A DNA stretch of 64,000 nucleotides from the human T2T-CHM13v2.0 reference genome, Homo sapiens. A model generated the notes under the pieces. That model was not told the origin of the DNA. It made no database searches and saw only the letters and a program-made list of their open reading frames with translations. The translations under genes and the position numbers were made by a program. The stretch lies in assembly GCF_009914755.1 (NCBI RefSeq), contig NC_060932.1. One strand, written 5' to 3'. Positions within the stretch are counted from its first letter, which is position 1, and every line of letters begins with the position of its first letter. Below, one piece after another: positions 1-14,440 of the stretch.

Positions 1-2623
1 ATGTATACTGCCTTGTTGTGGATTATGCAATGTGGGAAAGCTTAAATGCCATCTATGATTTCCTTAAGAAGGCTCATTTTTTTTTTTGTCCACATCCAAT
101 TAAAGGCTTCTCTCCCCAGCCCTCTGTCCTCAAATGTCCTGAATCTGTTTCCATGATTACCCCTGGACTATATTGTAACCCCCTTCCCCAGTCTTTCCCT
201 GGGATGTCATAAGATCCAGCAATTTGACCAGAAATCTCCGGTAACAGAGAAGAAAAGTACAATCTGGTCACTGAGAGCAAGAGCCTGTGAGTGAGAAATT
301 TTGGGTTATTTTCCTGCCATCACCTTGATTGACTCCTCTGTGACCTTATGCTGTTAACACCTGCCTCTATAGGTGTGCGAAGAGCTTTAATTAATATTTG
401 TAAATCTCCCTGATTGTTACAGGTAGAAGGTAGCAGAAAAGGGCATATTGTTATTAATTGTGGGGAGAAAAAAATGGAGAGATTTTTGTGAAGTTCCGGT
501 GAACTTCTGGTGAAGTTTTGTTCCTTCACCAGAGAGAGACCTACACCCATGGACACTATTTTCACAGTAGGAGGATTAAATATAAATCTTGATTTACTTA
601 CTCTGCACGTAAGGAAATGCCTAATGCCTATTTAATGCAAAACTCCTATTCCATGCCCTGGCTCATATTCAATATGCACTGCCTCTGACTCCTAAAGCTG
701 TTTAAGTTACCACTGTGAAAGGAGTCTTGCTATTCACAACGAGTGTGAGAGTTCATCTAATTAGCTGATTTCAGTTCATTTGGCATTAAATAATTCCCCA
801 AATTCCCATATGTTTGAACAATATGTTCAACAAGGAGGATGATTCTCTGAAAGCAATTAAATAGTTCTTTTAGGAGAGCTTGTCATCGGTCACTCATAAG
901 CATCCCTGCTATTCCTGTCCATGATGAATGCAGGCGGTAATTACATGAAAAGCACTTCACCCTCTCTGATGGCCCTGGCAGGCACCCACATACAGGCTGC
1001 ACATTTGAATTTTATGGTTTTTTTCCCCAAACCTTGAGTATGTTATTCTAGGCTTTCCACAGAGCATTTGATGTTGCTAATACACTGCTTTCCAGTCCCG
1101 CTCTCCTTGCCTCCCCTACTTAAAGGTAAATGAAGACATGATCATCTTAACCTGTGTTTTGCTCGTATAGGAAGAATTGTCCATTTTGGACTGTGGTTAC
1201 TTTTGTGGAAGACTGAACTTTTTAAAGACATCTCCAGGGCTTCTTGGAGAGGGGAGGAGACAACATGATAATGTTACATCTACTGTTTTAGACGCAGTAG
1301 ACATAAGATGCTCCTCAATTATATGGCTTGGCTTTATTGCAGCAGCAAGTTATAGATAATGAGCTCAAGTATAACCATTACTAACTTGAGAGAATAGGAG
1401 TTGTCAACATAAGCAATTCAGAAATGAATAGCACATTAGATGAACTCAGAGAAAAACTCTTTGTTTATAGAAGATCTTGGGAAAGATGGTATCTTTTAGC
1501 ACTAAATTTTATCTTTATTTTGCCCAACGGGTTGCTTTTTTGGTCAAGGATGAAGTATTTAACTGTCCTTCCTAGGTAGTATAAGTAAAAGCTTTAGTAA
1601 TAATACCAATTCCAGCTCTCCCGTAGCATTGCTCTATATTCAATATTATTATTTTTCTTACAAGTGAAAATCCAGCAAACAAAGGATCAAATAGCTTGTT
1701 GAAGAACACATATGCCATTGGGGGAAAAATAAGCAGACATCTGGGTTCTTCTCGCTGATTACTGTTCTGTAAACTACTCCTCCTTACCGTTTGGGGGCAC
1801 AGATTAAAAACAAAAGCCAAAGACGTGAAAGAGGGAGGCATTCAATGAGGTATTATTATTCCATTTTAGTTAACTTTCACTTTCTTTTATCTGTTCCATG
1901 ACACTGCATTCTCACTGTAAATAATTCACAATTCAAAAAAGCTGAACACCAGGTTTGGATTGAATGATTTTAAATTTAGATCTAAAATAGAAAAGAGTTG
2001 AAAGATACACATTTATGTATGATATTATGCACACTTGTAGCTGTCTACTGTGCTATTGCTATATAAGCTATGTATTTGTTCATTGGCAAAAAATAAATGT
2101 TTTCAAAGCCAGAATAGACACACTCAGTCTGTATCTTCAAAATACTGTTTTGCTTCATAATAATTTGCTTTATCATTTACCAGCATTAAGAATATTTTAG
2201 ATTGTGTTTTCATGAGAAAGGAATTTGATGGTAATGAGATGACCAGACCAGTCATTTCTATAAAGTTTTTGTTTGCTCATTGATAATGGCATCAACAAGA
2301 ATAAGGATTCAGTAGCTGGTGCATGACCCACCAGCCAGGTCTTTGCATTCTCCAATTCTGCCCTGTATTTCCAAAGAAGCATTTGTCATTTTGTTGGTGG
2401 GTTTGTCAAAACCTAGATTTGAAATCTAGGCTTAAACTCCTTCCGTGTGTCTGAGAACTTCATGACAAATGCTTGTTCTCCAGACCAGTCCTTTGTAAAA
2501 GAAAATCCTGGAAAGGAATATTTATAAGCCTGAAGAAAACCCCAGTCTGTTAACCAAATTCTCATTCAAATATGGCCCCTCCTCTACATACTTCTCTCTT
2601 CTATCCTTTTTTCAACTGTGAAG

Positions 2624-2792
2624 CCTCCAGTCAGATGGCTCTGAGGTGCTCCTGAGTCCTGAAGTCACCTGTGGTCCTCCAGACATGATCGTCACCACTC
2701 CCTTTGCATTGACCATCCCGCACTGTGCAGATGTCAGTTCTGAGCATTGGAATATCCATTTAAAGAAGAGGACACAGCAGGGCAAATGGGAG
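2624..2792 (+). CDS. UNC5D: UNC5D internal coding exon (ZU5 domain), 169 nt, phase 2 start / phase 0 end
   Basis: Polypyrimidine tract 2581-2613 then AAG acceptor (AG 2622-2623); reads (S)[56 protein letters not shown]; donor GAG|gtgaga at 2793. [10 protein letters not shown] and PHCA are UNC5 ZU5 motifs. The start rests on frame compatibility and recall of the protein, because the upstream exon lies outside the window. Confidence 0.93.
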
Positions 2793-4227
2793 GTGAGACC
2801 CTTTACTTCCTTTTTTAAACAGTGGGATTTGGGTTCCACCTATGGGATATATTTAACCTTAACATCTAACACCACAAATCAGCATTTCGTTGTTGGCAAA
2901 GGGTTGGTGGCAAGTGTTTTATAATATCCTAAACATATTGGCTAGTTGTTTTTCTTCCCCCCCCATTATAATAGAAAAGAGAAGCAAGAGATAATCCAGA
3001 TTTGTTTGGTTTTAGAATACAGTTGTAATTACCCATATATTCATCTACACCTACATACCTGCTCATTGATCCCCTTCACTTCCCCCTTGGCCTTGTCTCT
3101 GTCTGAATGGACATTATTCTGTGGCCTCTGTGGAGTTAGGGAGGAGGTTCAGGGCAGGCAGTCTGTGTTCAGAAAGAAAATAACTATGTCTGTTTTTTTC
3201 CATCCTGGGGATTCTAAGGTATCTATGTTTAATCAGGAACACATTTAGGGCTTAATATTTTTTTTTAGTTAACGAATGCATTGAGAATTATTATCAGTGT
3301 CTATTTCCTGTGTGTATGAGTGCAAACAAAAGGGATACAGTAGGAGACAAGGAAAGAGAATGAGGATACATAATAAGACATTAACAACAGGGAAGACAGT
3401 CACAGCAATGACAGATTGCAATTGAATTACTATTTTAAGTGAAAGCTCTGATTTTTCTGCCTGATAGAGCTTCCTTTATGTCCATCTGCAGTCAGCTTGC
3501 ATGAAACTGGGAGAATTATCTTTGTTGGAACACAAATGACCTGTTCCAGCCAGCCCTAGGGTCTTCCTCCCAGAAGGCACTTCAGGCCAAAGAAGTAAAA
3601 GGAAAATCATGTTTCTTTAGAAGAAGAAAATTCCCAGTTGCTACAATGGATTACCTTTACCCTGCCAACTAGTGTCTTGAAACTATTTTCTTTGTTCCAG
3701 AATGCATTCTGCTATTTAGTGCGTTTTAGTGCAACCATGAGCAGATTTCCTGGGGCATGAAGTTCCATGGGTTTCCTAAAGGGCCATGTTTTAGTCCTCT
3801 TCCCATTATGTTTGGCTTTGCTTTGATTTTTGCCACTTTAATTTTTCTTCCCAGCACTTCCTCACAATCTCTTATACACAGATGGTGTTATATTTATGCT
3901 CTATCAAACCAGTCACATATACTAAAGTTCTTATCAAGGAGGGTGACATATTCTAGTACATCTTATCCAATTCATTTATTTAGTGGTCCCTTGTAAATGA
4001 TTTCAGTGGAATGAAAGAGGATAAAATGTTTGAGAGAAAATAAACATTACCTTAAGGATATTTAAAGAGTTGTCAGAAATAGTTGTAAAAAAAAAAAAAG
4101 TTTGCTTATTGATAAGATTTAAGATTTCTAAAACTCAACATTGAACAAATTAGCCAGAAACAGAACTTTCCAAGTGATTTTTGTTATTATAACCAATGAA
4201 GTAGAAATTCCAACACACTGAACATAA

Positions 4228-4488
<261 letters not shown>

Positions 4489-4679
4489 CATTTCTTGAGT
4501 TCTTGATGTCAGCAGTTATTTTGATAGAAGAGGAACAGTTAACATCGGGATAATTGGGCAATAGGACTATTCTGAAAACAAATTTATATTTGTGTGTTTA
4601 TTTATTTGTGTCCTGGCAATATAAAGGTTAGATCACATCTTATTTCCAAGTGAGAGAATAAACATACCTTTCCCAACAG

Positions 4680-4907
4680 GAAGTGATGTCAGTGGAAGAT
4701 GAATCTACATCCTGTTACTGCCTTTTGGACCCCTTTGCGTGTCATGTGCTCCTGGACAGCTTTGGGACCTATGCGCTCACTGGAGAGCCAATCACAGACT
4801 GTGCCGTGAAGCAACTGAAGGTGGCGGTTTTTGGCTGCATGTCCTGTAACTCCCTGGATTACAACTTGAGAGTTTACTGTGTGGACAATACCCCTTGTGC
4901 ATTTCAG
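4680..4907 (+). CDS. UNC5D: UNC5D coding exon (end of ZU5, start of UPA), 228 nt, phase 0/0
   Basis: ccctttcccaacag-type acceptor (AG 4678-4679), then [76 protein letters not shown], donor CAG|gttagc. Confidence 0.97.
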
Positions 4908-5022
4908 GTTAGCCTTTGTTTTAATAATTTTCTTTTGGTGTCATGAAAGTGTGTGTTTTCCAAAAGATCAGTATCAATTGAAAATTTTATTACTGAGGGT
5001 CTAGAAAATGAACCCACGCCAC

Positions 5023-5747
5023 TGTAACTGCCCAGTGGGTTCACCTTGCCTGCTGCCTAGACAGAGCCAATTTATCAAGACAGAGGAATTGCAATAAAGA
5101 GTTATTCACGCAGAGCCGGCTGTGTGGGATACCGGAGTTTTATTATTACTCAAATCAGTCTCCCCAAGAATTTAAGGATCACTGTTTTGAAGGATAATTT
5201 GGTGGGTAGGGGCTAGTGAGGTGGGAGTGCTGACTGGTTGCTTCAGAGATGAAGTCATAGGGAGTCTAAGCTGTCTTATTGCACTGAGTCAGTTCCTGGG
5301 TCGGGGCCACAAGATAGATGAGCCAGTTTATTCAACAGGGTGGTGCCTACTGATCCATGTGCAGGGTCTGCAAAATATCTCAAGCACTGATTTTAGGATT
5401 TACAATAGCAATGTTATCCCCAGGAGCAATTTGGAGAGTGTCAGAATCTTGTAGCCTCCAGCTGCATGACTCCGAAACCATAATTTCTAATCTTGTGGCC
5501 GATTTGTTAGTCCTACAAAGGCAATCTAGTCTCCAGGCAGGAAGGGGATTTGTTTTGGGAAAGGGCTGTTATTGTCTTTGTTTCAAAGTTAAACTATAAT
5601 ATAAGCTAAGTTCCTCCCAAAGTTAGTTTGGCCTATACACAGGAATGAACAAGGACAGCTTGGAGGTTAGGAGCAAGATGAAGTTGGTTAGGTCAGATCT
5701 CTTTCACTGTAATAATTTTCTGTTATAATTTTCCAATGGCAGTTTCA
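5023..5747 (-). mobile_element. Solo ERV1 LTR, LTR8 family
   Basis: TG...CA termini; reverse complement begins TGAAACTGCCATTGGAAAATTATAAC...CAGTGAAAGAGATCTGACCTAACC like LTR8; perfect 4-bp TSD CCAC (5019-5022, 5748-5751). Confidence 0.88.
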
Positions 5748-7358
5748 CCACTGGTTTGACTGGGATACCTACCTTGAAGCAAGAGCCGTGTTACTGTGTG
5801 GTCAGCAATGTAAGAGAGGTTGGGGTACTTGGCATTCAAGAAGAGAGAAGGGCTAAACTAACGCATGTGCAGAACATTGTGTGCTAAATTATGCAACTGA
5901 CCCGAAACATAATCAGAATTCAACAAACAAACACAGACACAAACGGAGAAGAGTTTTTGGGAACTCTTTTACAAATTTCCATGGATGGATGCGATTTAGG
6001 AACAAAACAGAAAGGAACACCACATCAAGAGAAAAAAAGCAGCATGAGTCACAGGAACTAAAAGAGTTATTTGATGTGCAGAGGGCAGTGAGAAAATTGC
6101 TTGAATCAACTGAAGGTTGTAGTTAGGGAACCACAATTATAAATCATACCTATCACAAGGTAGTCATTTTCTATCCTGGACATATAGTCTATTAATTATC
6201 AGGGCTACTAGGGCAGAGATGGTTCAAGGTTCCTTTCCATTTTTGGTACTTTTAATCATGTAAGATTCATTTTAATTTAGCTACTCAGGAAGACTGCAAG
6301 TTTATTAATAGCAGCAAGGATGATGCAGAACTGCCTGTGTAAGCTCTGCCCATATATAAATAGCATAGCTCTCCTGACACACCTCATTCCAGATCCCTGC
6401 TATTCCAGTTTTGGGTCATTAAGTCCATTATGCAGAGTATTTCCTCAGTAACTAGATTTTAAGACACTGAGCTGGAAAACTCATGTTTACCAGTAGAAAA
6501 AAATATCACGACCTCACTCCTGAACATAAGCCAGTAAAGGTGACACAGAGCCAGCCTGTGTTCCTGAACCGCCCCTGAGTATCTCTTAAGTAGCACAGGT
6601 CATTGTGAAGGGCACACTTCATCTTTGGCTGCTCACAAAAGGGGTGGCTTTCAAAGGTGTGCCATTCTGTGGAATAAGAAACTTCAGTGTAAGTAGTTAA
6701 ACCTCCTCCCACCATTGTCATTTAATACTCTTCCTCTGCACTCCCCACCCCACAATAAGAGGATTGCTCCAAGAGAAAATATATAACAGATATTCAGGAA
6801 GCAAAAAGAAAGAATAAATATCTTAAATAGAGGGTTCATCTTGGGGTCACTACTACTACTAACCAGTTATAAAATGTACCATGACTCAAGTTGGATGTTT
6901 AGTAACTCAGCCAGATTTTAAAAGCTGAGTAAACTGGAGTAACCATGGAGCATCATGGAAGATTTCCAGTCTCCTGGCTGATATAGATAACCCATTGCTG
7001 ACTACTGTGACTGTGTGGAGCTGCTCACACAATTGTCTTGGAAGTCAGCCCTCATAACCAGTCTGGAGTTTTCTTTGAATAATAGTCTCCCAGCTGATGT
7101 ATATAGCAGTGAGATAGACATGTACTTAAAGAGCTTGTTCTCAGTGACTTTCAGATCATCTATTTTCACCTCTACCATATTCTACCATGGCTCCACTGTT
7201 CACAGATGAATACAAATTACTGTGGACGTCATGAAAACACCATAACCATAGCTTTTCAAACCATTACCCATTTCTGGTTGGTAATAGAATCTTTTTAGAC
7301 AGTGCTAGGGAGAATGTTATTCTCCCTCTAATTGAATCCAAATGTATTTCATCATTGA

Positions 7359-7650
<292 letters not shown>

Positions 7651-9568
7651 GAGAGGTATTTCTTAAATTAGTAAAACTCTTTAATTTTGCTTTAGAATAA
7701 TGTTTTTTGGTAGAAATACCTTTGACCCCATTTGTCCTAATCTTTTTACCTCCAGTGATTCTTTCTCTCTCCTACAATGGCAAATAAAGCTGCGTTTGGT
7801 TGTACTTGTTATTGACAGGATGTATATGACAGCTGTCATGAGCAGAAAGGCCATGTATCCCCCTTGGGGTTTTGAAAGATCATCAACCTTGCTTGAATAA
7901 CTTTTCTGGCCCACATATGGATTAAAATGAAACTTGTGGCTTTTCTGAACTGAGACTCCCTAGTACAGGAAACAGCCATGTACTCCTCCGTCTTAGTTTC
8001 TGGGTTTTGTTTCTGAAACTGTCTTGCTTTCTGGATTTTTACTTTGCTAAGTGAATGTGTTCAAGGCCTTCTGCAGAGATTTATTTTGATCACCTGCATA
8101 TCCCAAATCATTTCATAGTGTGATAGCTTCATATGTGATATTGCATTGGAGGAGGAAATTAGTTACTAACCCATTAAAACAGTTCTATTTTAGGAAAGCC
8201 TTAACAACAGTTCCCTTTTTGAACCCCTAAAAGACCTCACAAATTAGTATTTAGCTCTCCCAACTTCTGTAGCGTAAGCTGAAAATAGAGTATACAGTAA
8301 TAATATTTTCTGCAACCCTAAAAGAACCCTGACTTCTTAATCAAAATCAGTAAGCAGTTTTTCATGGAGCATTTCTGCAGAAATTGCCCACCCTGGAATG
8401 TGCTTCAACTATCCTTATGATGATACGTTTGTTGTGATTAGGAAATCAATGTGAACATGGTTGTTACAGCTGCTGTATTTATTGCAGTGCATCTTTCATA
8501 TCTCAAAGAATGATAACAGATATGTGCCCAACTCTAACTGTGCTGTTAACCAAAAGGACGCTGGGGTTAAGTGCGGGGTTGCATCTTTCACTTCATTCAT
8601 GTCTCACTGGGAGATTGTATCCCATAAAATGCTGAAATGCCTACCTTCTCCCCGGAAGACCTTGCAAGAAGGAACGTGTAGAGACTCAACTCCACCTGTC
8701 CTCTCAGAACTGGGTGGGGACCAGGCAATATAATGGGCCCACCATAGAATATTCCTTGAGAGAATTTCAGTATCTAAATAGGGACATTCTCTATTTTTAG
8801 TCCTGTCTTCCTTTCCCTGTACCCCCTACAGGGCTACTCTATTTGATTCTCATTTGCTCTGGGGGTAGCTTATCTGAGTAATACTAGCAATTTCCTTGAC
8901 AAAAACAAAATACTTTGTTTACCTGGCTAAGACATAATTTAGTTTCAGATTTCTGAAGATCTGTTCTGATAAACACATCTAAAATCGTCTCTATGAAAAA
9001 TTAAATCTGCTATGTTTTTCAAAAATAAAAATGTCATCTCCCTGTAGGTAGGTGAGAAAAGAATAAGAAGACAAGCAGTAAATGACTCCTTGTCCTTCTT
9101 GCTTTTGTGTTTTTGTAATAATTAGGGCTGCCATTTTATGCTTGTATGTTTGACATCACCTCCTTTGATAAATTCAAACCAAAGATTGAGAAATGGTGAT
9201 ATATCTTTGAAGCAGTAACATTTTAAGACCTGGATTTTGGTTATTGTCTTTTATTACACACGAACACACACATGCATGCACAGCCCAAACAAACCTTGAC
9301 ATAGGAAAGCAAGGAATTAAGCTGTTACCCTATCTATCTTATCTAAGAAAGAAAATAGAAAAAAACAACTAGGGTTTTTTTTGCCATTGCTCCCAGCACT
9401 CCTATACAGTACTCTTGGTACTCATTACTTACTTGGCATTAAGGTGGATTTAGAATCTAATTTCAAAGGATTTCCTCTAGATGTAGTTCTTGTGTTTATC
9501 AATAATGCAATGTTGGGAAATATTGTTCACGTAAAGCATTTAAAGGAAAGCACCATAGCGACATAATT

Positions 9569-9595
9569 TGTGTGTATGTGTGTGTGTGTGTGTGT
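9569..9595. repeat. (TG)n microsatellite, interrupted
   Basis: tgtgtgtatgtgtgtgtgtgtgtgtgt. Confidence 0.9.
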
Positions 9596-11985
9596 AAGTT
9601 CAAACAGTTTTGTCTCATAAATATGTAAATTTAGCCTGCTTGTTTTAGTATCCCTGAAGCACACCTGAATATTGCTGCCTGTCTGATTAAATCAACATAA
9701 AGAGCTCAGTGAGGCACAAAGCACAAGTTTTTCCTGGCCACAGCTTCTAGAACTGGATGACTTGCAACCCCACTGTAAAATGATGAAACAGAATGCTGAG
9801 AAAAACCACCATCCAGAGCCTTCAGGTGCATTTCATATACAAAAGCTGGCCAGACCCTGTTTCCTAGTTCCATTAACTCGGATTATTAGTTTAACAATGG
9901 AATGAGGTATTTAACAGGAGGTCCTTGTCACATAGAAGGCAGACTGGAAAAATCAAATTACTATCAAGCCTCACTTTGGGGATAATTGATCCATATGAGT
10001 GATTTAGAACTAGCTAAGCAGAGTTGTCCAAACCTGGCTGGTCATCAGAAGCATCCAAGAAACACTTACAAATACTCAGGCCTAGCCCCCCAGAGTAATA
10101 CAGTAGGCTCAGGGAACTATGTGTTAAGTGCAATCCACTGTATTTGGAGAGTATTTTAAAGCTCATACTCAGGAGTCTATTTATTTAACTTCGAAGCCAA
10201 TTGTGCCTTTACAAATTTATAAATACAATTATTAGTTCATTACCAGGCTTTTTCATTTTAATAATTGTTTTGTTATAGAATAACTGTAATTGCTTAATAT
10301 TTTGTACAAGATTACAAGACACTGTTAATTGTATATTGTTGGCTCAATATGCGCAGATTTAAGGAGTAAGCGAAAAGAGCAAAAAATAAATCATGTTGTA
10401 TTTAAATTTGAGGCCCTAGAGCAGAACTTTTAAAAAGGTACTCTTTTCTTCCATGATAATTATAAGCAGATATCTATTTTTTAAATTCTTAATATTATCC
10501 ATTCTGAGTTTCAAGGACTGTGTAGACAGTATATATAACTCTAGGGCAAATATAGATTGACTTATGTCATCTTATACATATATCCTGCACCAGTGAAAAA
10601 TCATTTATGAGACAGAGTTAATCACAGTCTGATCTTCACATGAGTCTTTAAAAAAAAAAAAAAAAGAAAAAAAGAAAGTCAAGCATAGTAGTAAGAAAAG
10701 GCAGGGAAATCTAAGAGAAAAAACACTGGACCATGATCAAGTTGCCCTGGTCAAAGTCTCAGGTCTCCCATTAGCCACGTGGCTTTAGGCAAATAACTTT
10801 CTTCAGGGAACTTCCATGTTTTCATGTGTAAATAAGGCACTTGGTGCTCTAAATCTTAAGTTCCCTTCAATACAACGATTGTGTGTAGTTTCTAACAAAA
10901 TAGTCTAGTACTACACTAAATAACACATGACCTTGAACAAGTCACTTCATTTCCTGGCGTCGACTACTTCATGTCCATTAAGGAAAGTTAAATTTAAAGA
11001 AAAGGGTATATTTGAGAAAGCCTAGTTCGAATACACTTAGAAGAGTTGCTGTTATACTATGGCTTTAATATGGTCTTAATAAGCACATTTCTTGTTTGTT
11101 TCTGCTTGTTTCTAATCTTGCACCAGAATTGCAAAAAGAGGTTAATATATTATCATATTAATTATTTTGCTTGGCTATAAATAAACCCAGGTAAGGAACT
11201 GAAGTCTAAAGAAAATAATTTGCCCAAGACCACACAGAAATGTGATTAGAATTTTATGCTGCTATCTTCAATTTACAAGATTGGTACTCTTTTGAGTGCA
11301 TGAAGACACCAAAAGAGTTTTAATGCACCTTAAAACCAGAGCAACATTACTCAAAAATAAAATACAAAGTCCTTAGCATAGCAAGCAAGAATTTGTTATT
11401 TGGTTTCTGCCCCACATTTTCATCATCTCCAATCACACACTTTCCACCTCAGCCTTCCATCCCAGCTCCGTCTAGCCACCATGCTTGTGAATGCCCTGCT
11501 CAGCATCTGGAGTGTTCTCTCCTTCCTTTTCAAATGGCCAGCTCCTCCATTTATTTCAACGTTTGGCTCAAATACTACCTCCCCTAGTAATGTCTAGACT
11601 CCTTTCCTGGTCTGTCCTCCCATCTGGGTCAGGGGCACCTTCTGTCTTTCTTAACCTCCTAGGCATTCATGTATGGTAATAGATACTATATTAGAACAAT
11701 GCCTAGTGTCCAGACCCTTTCACAACATTGTAAGTTTCCTGGTGGCGAGGTTGTTTCATTTCTGCACACCCAGTGCCCAGCTCCAACATAGCTCTGATGG
11801 AAATTTAGTAAATCTCAAAAGAAGGAACCAGAGACTGCCTAATGTCTCAGCCAAGTACGCATTTAGAATTAATTTCCTATCCTCCCCATAGTGCCTCTTT
11901 TCTTCCATTCCTTGTAGCCTCCACCAGACATTGGCTACCATGTTATCACGTTCAACTCTGAAATCCACAAGGTTATGAATTACCT

Positions 11986-12169
11986 AGCACTGTACTGTCC
12001 AGTATGGTCATTGCTAATCACATGTGGATATTTAACTTTAATTAAAAATTCAGCTCCTTCATCACTCTAGCCACATTTCAAGTGCTAACAGCCACTTTAG
12101 CTAGTGGGTACCATAATGGACCACACAGAGATAGAATATTTCTATCATCACAGCTAGTTTACAACACTG
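11986..12169. mobile_element. MER3-like hAT DNA transposon remnant
   Basis: ctgtccagtatgg...ctagccacatttcaagtgct...gccac...gctagtgg...atagaatatttctatcatcacag, matches recalled MER3 consensus. Confidence 0.75.
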
Positions 12170-13417
12170 ACCCTTGGGCCCCAAGAAACACCCTTCCCAC
12201 AAGCAACACCAAAGAGCTGGAGAAAATGCCACTGATTTAGTCCTGGAAAAAGATACTAGCAACCTATTAACAGTTTATGTGTACGTGAAGGATAAAACTT
12301 GGGTGACTTTTTAGTCAAAAATGTTTTTGTTACTGTCATTCTACTTATGGACAAGAGATGGATAAGATAACCAGTAGAGGTGTTTTTACTCTTTAATAAT
12401 TGAAATGTAAGTTTGATTGTGTTTATAAACCTATTTGTTTTCTAACAGTCTTTTTTTTAAGAATCTGAGATTATAGGACATAAAGGAGTTCAGGTTTTAA
12501 TTTCTCCTAGCTCTGCAAGGAAATAATATATCAATTAATTAATGGTGATTTCAAAAATGGACTTAGGGAGATCTCTTATATTCAGTAACACCAAAAGCCT
12601 CAACCCCGCACAATCATTTAGCACTTCCCTGAATATGTATTTGTTTTGTTATTCCATTTCTTATATCGTCTCTCCAATATGATTCTAATGCCACAAATTT
12701 GGAACCAATGAAATGGTTTACTCAACAGAATGTATGTGGATTGAGTTTGTATTAGATTGTATTACGTAAAGATTTTTCAGTGAAAGCTACAGGAGTGTTT
12801 CCTCAGAAATTTGATTTCTGTTTTCCTGAGGTACAGCTACCTTGATACACAACTTATTTTTTCTTGACCTTTTGGTATAATAACTTTTACAAACATTACT
12901 ACAAATAAACATGATACATGCACACTGGGACATTTATTTTAAGCCAAAAGAATAAATATCATATAGTGCCTGCATTAGTGAAGAAAAATTGAACCAGAAT
13001 GGAGGGGGGCTGTTTTCAGTTATGATGATGTGTCAGATTGAGCATGAATGCATCCCTTGATTGTGGTCAGAGAGTGAAATTCCTACAGTTGTGGAAACCC
13101 AGAAGTATTACGATTTGCTTGGGGTCAGGGGAGGTCTTTGAAGTTTAAACAAAGGCACAGTGTGGTTTAAAGCCTAAACAACACAAATAATAAAAAACAA
13201 ATTGTCTCTTTCTAACCCAACACTTGTCACTCAGCAGTTGTTAATCCTTAGTCTTGAACTTTATGGACTATGGAGTTGTAAAGAAGTATGTTTCTCCTAT
13301 GCTCTCTGTCCATTTGTGGAAGACACATGGTAGTGAGCATGTGTATCCCTAGATAGGAAATATGTAAGTAGCAGGATATTTCATTATTGATCTTATTTTC
13401 TTTTTCTTCTCCTATAG

Positions 13418-13567
13418 GAAGTGGTTTCAGATGAAAGGCATCAAGGTGGACAGCTCCTGGAAGAACCAAAATTGCTGCATTTCAAAGGGAATACCTTTAG
13501 TCTTCAGATTTCTGTCCTTGATATTCCCCCATTCCTCTGGAGAATTAAACCATTCACTGCCTGCCAG
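13418..13567 (+). CDS. UNC5D: UNC5D coding exon (UPA domain), 150 nt, phase 0/0
   Basis: ttttctttttcttctcctatag|GAA; [50 protein letters not shown]; donor CAG|gtactg. Confidence 0.97.
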
Positions 13568-14132
13568 GTACTGGCCAAATGGGTTTCTAACAGAAACGGC
13601 TTTGCTTTAACCGGCAAGCATGTCACAGATCCTGGCAAGGGTCTGCTTGATTTTCCTCCTCCTTTAAAGGATGGATTTCACCTCAAAACTGTCACAGAAA
13701 TGTAACAGTTTGGACTACACACACGGAATGAAACATATTGTCATAAATTAACAGCATTCTAACGGGTGGGAAGAAAGGTGCTTGCACGTTAGGTGAGATG
13801 GCATTTCTCCTCTCCTGTTGGAATCATTGCTCAATATAGGTTGAAGATGCCAGTTTAACAATATAGAGCCAGGTTTGTGAGTTGGTTTGTTTTTATTAAA
13901 ATCAGTTCATTATGAGACAGCATCTTAATCATATTCAGCAATGAATAAACTGAATGTCAGTGAGGAACTTCTTAAGGGTGATGATTTTGAGTTGTAGAGA
14001 GCTATGGCTAGCCAGGTGGAAACAAGAGATTTTTTTCTTTCATATATGAAGTGTACTTGCTTCCAAATGAATCAGGCAAGATGGGAAGAAGAAATTACCA
14101 ATTGAAAAGCAAAGAAAGAACATGGCTTTTAC

Positions 14133-14440
14133 TTTTTCTTTTTTTTTTTTTTTTTAAGATGGAGTCTGTCTCTCTCTGTTGCCCAGGCTGGAGTGCAGTG
14201 GCGCAATCTTGGCTCTCTGCAACCTCCGCCTCCCGAGTTCAAGCGATTCTCCTGCCTCAGCCTCCTGAGCAGCTGGATTACAGGTGCCCGTCACCATGCC
14301 CAGCTAATTTTTCTATTTTTTAGTAGAGACGGGGTTTGCCATGTTGGCCAGACTGGTCTTGAACTCCTGACCTCAGGTGATCCGCCCACCTCAGCCTCCC
14401 AAAGTGCTGGGATTACAGATGTGAGCCACCGTGCCTAGCC
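14133..14440 (-). mobile_element. Alu (AluSx-like)
   Basis: Poly-T plus full consensus; degenerate TSD AGAACA.G.CTTT. Confidence 0.95.

Noticed and set aside
2412-2430. 9-bp inverted repeat cctagattt-g-aaatctagg, and short palindromes near 47233-47262
   Set aside because: Short and AT-rich; close to chance expectation.
10700-11800. MIR and L2 fragments here and near 21760-21850, 23200-23410, 25700-26150, 43560-43800, 52330-52700, 54960-55190
   Set aside because: Probably real but too degenerate to delimit by eye, so not listed as features.
14051-14438. ORFs with [13 protein letters not shown] or GLELLTS motifs (also near 4265, 27852, 28709, 31129, 33561, 38536, 41528)
   Set aside because: Typical translations of Alu sequence, not genes.
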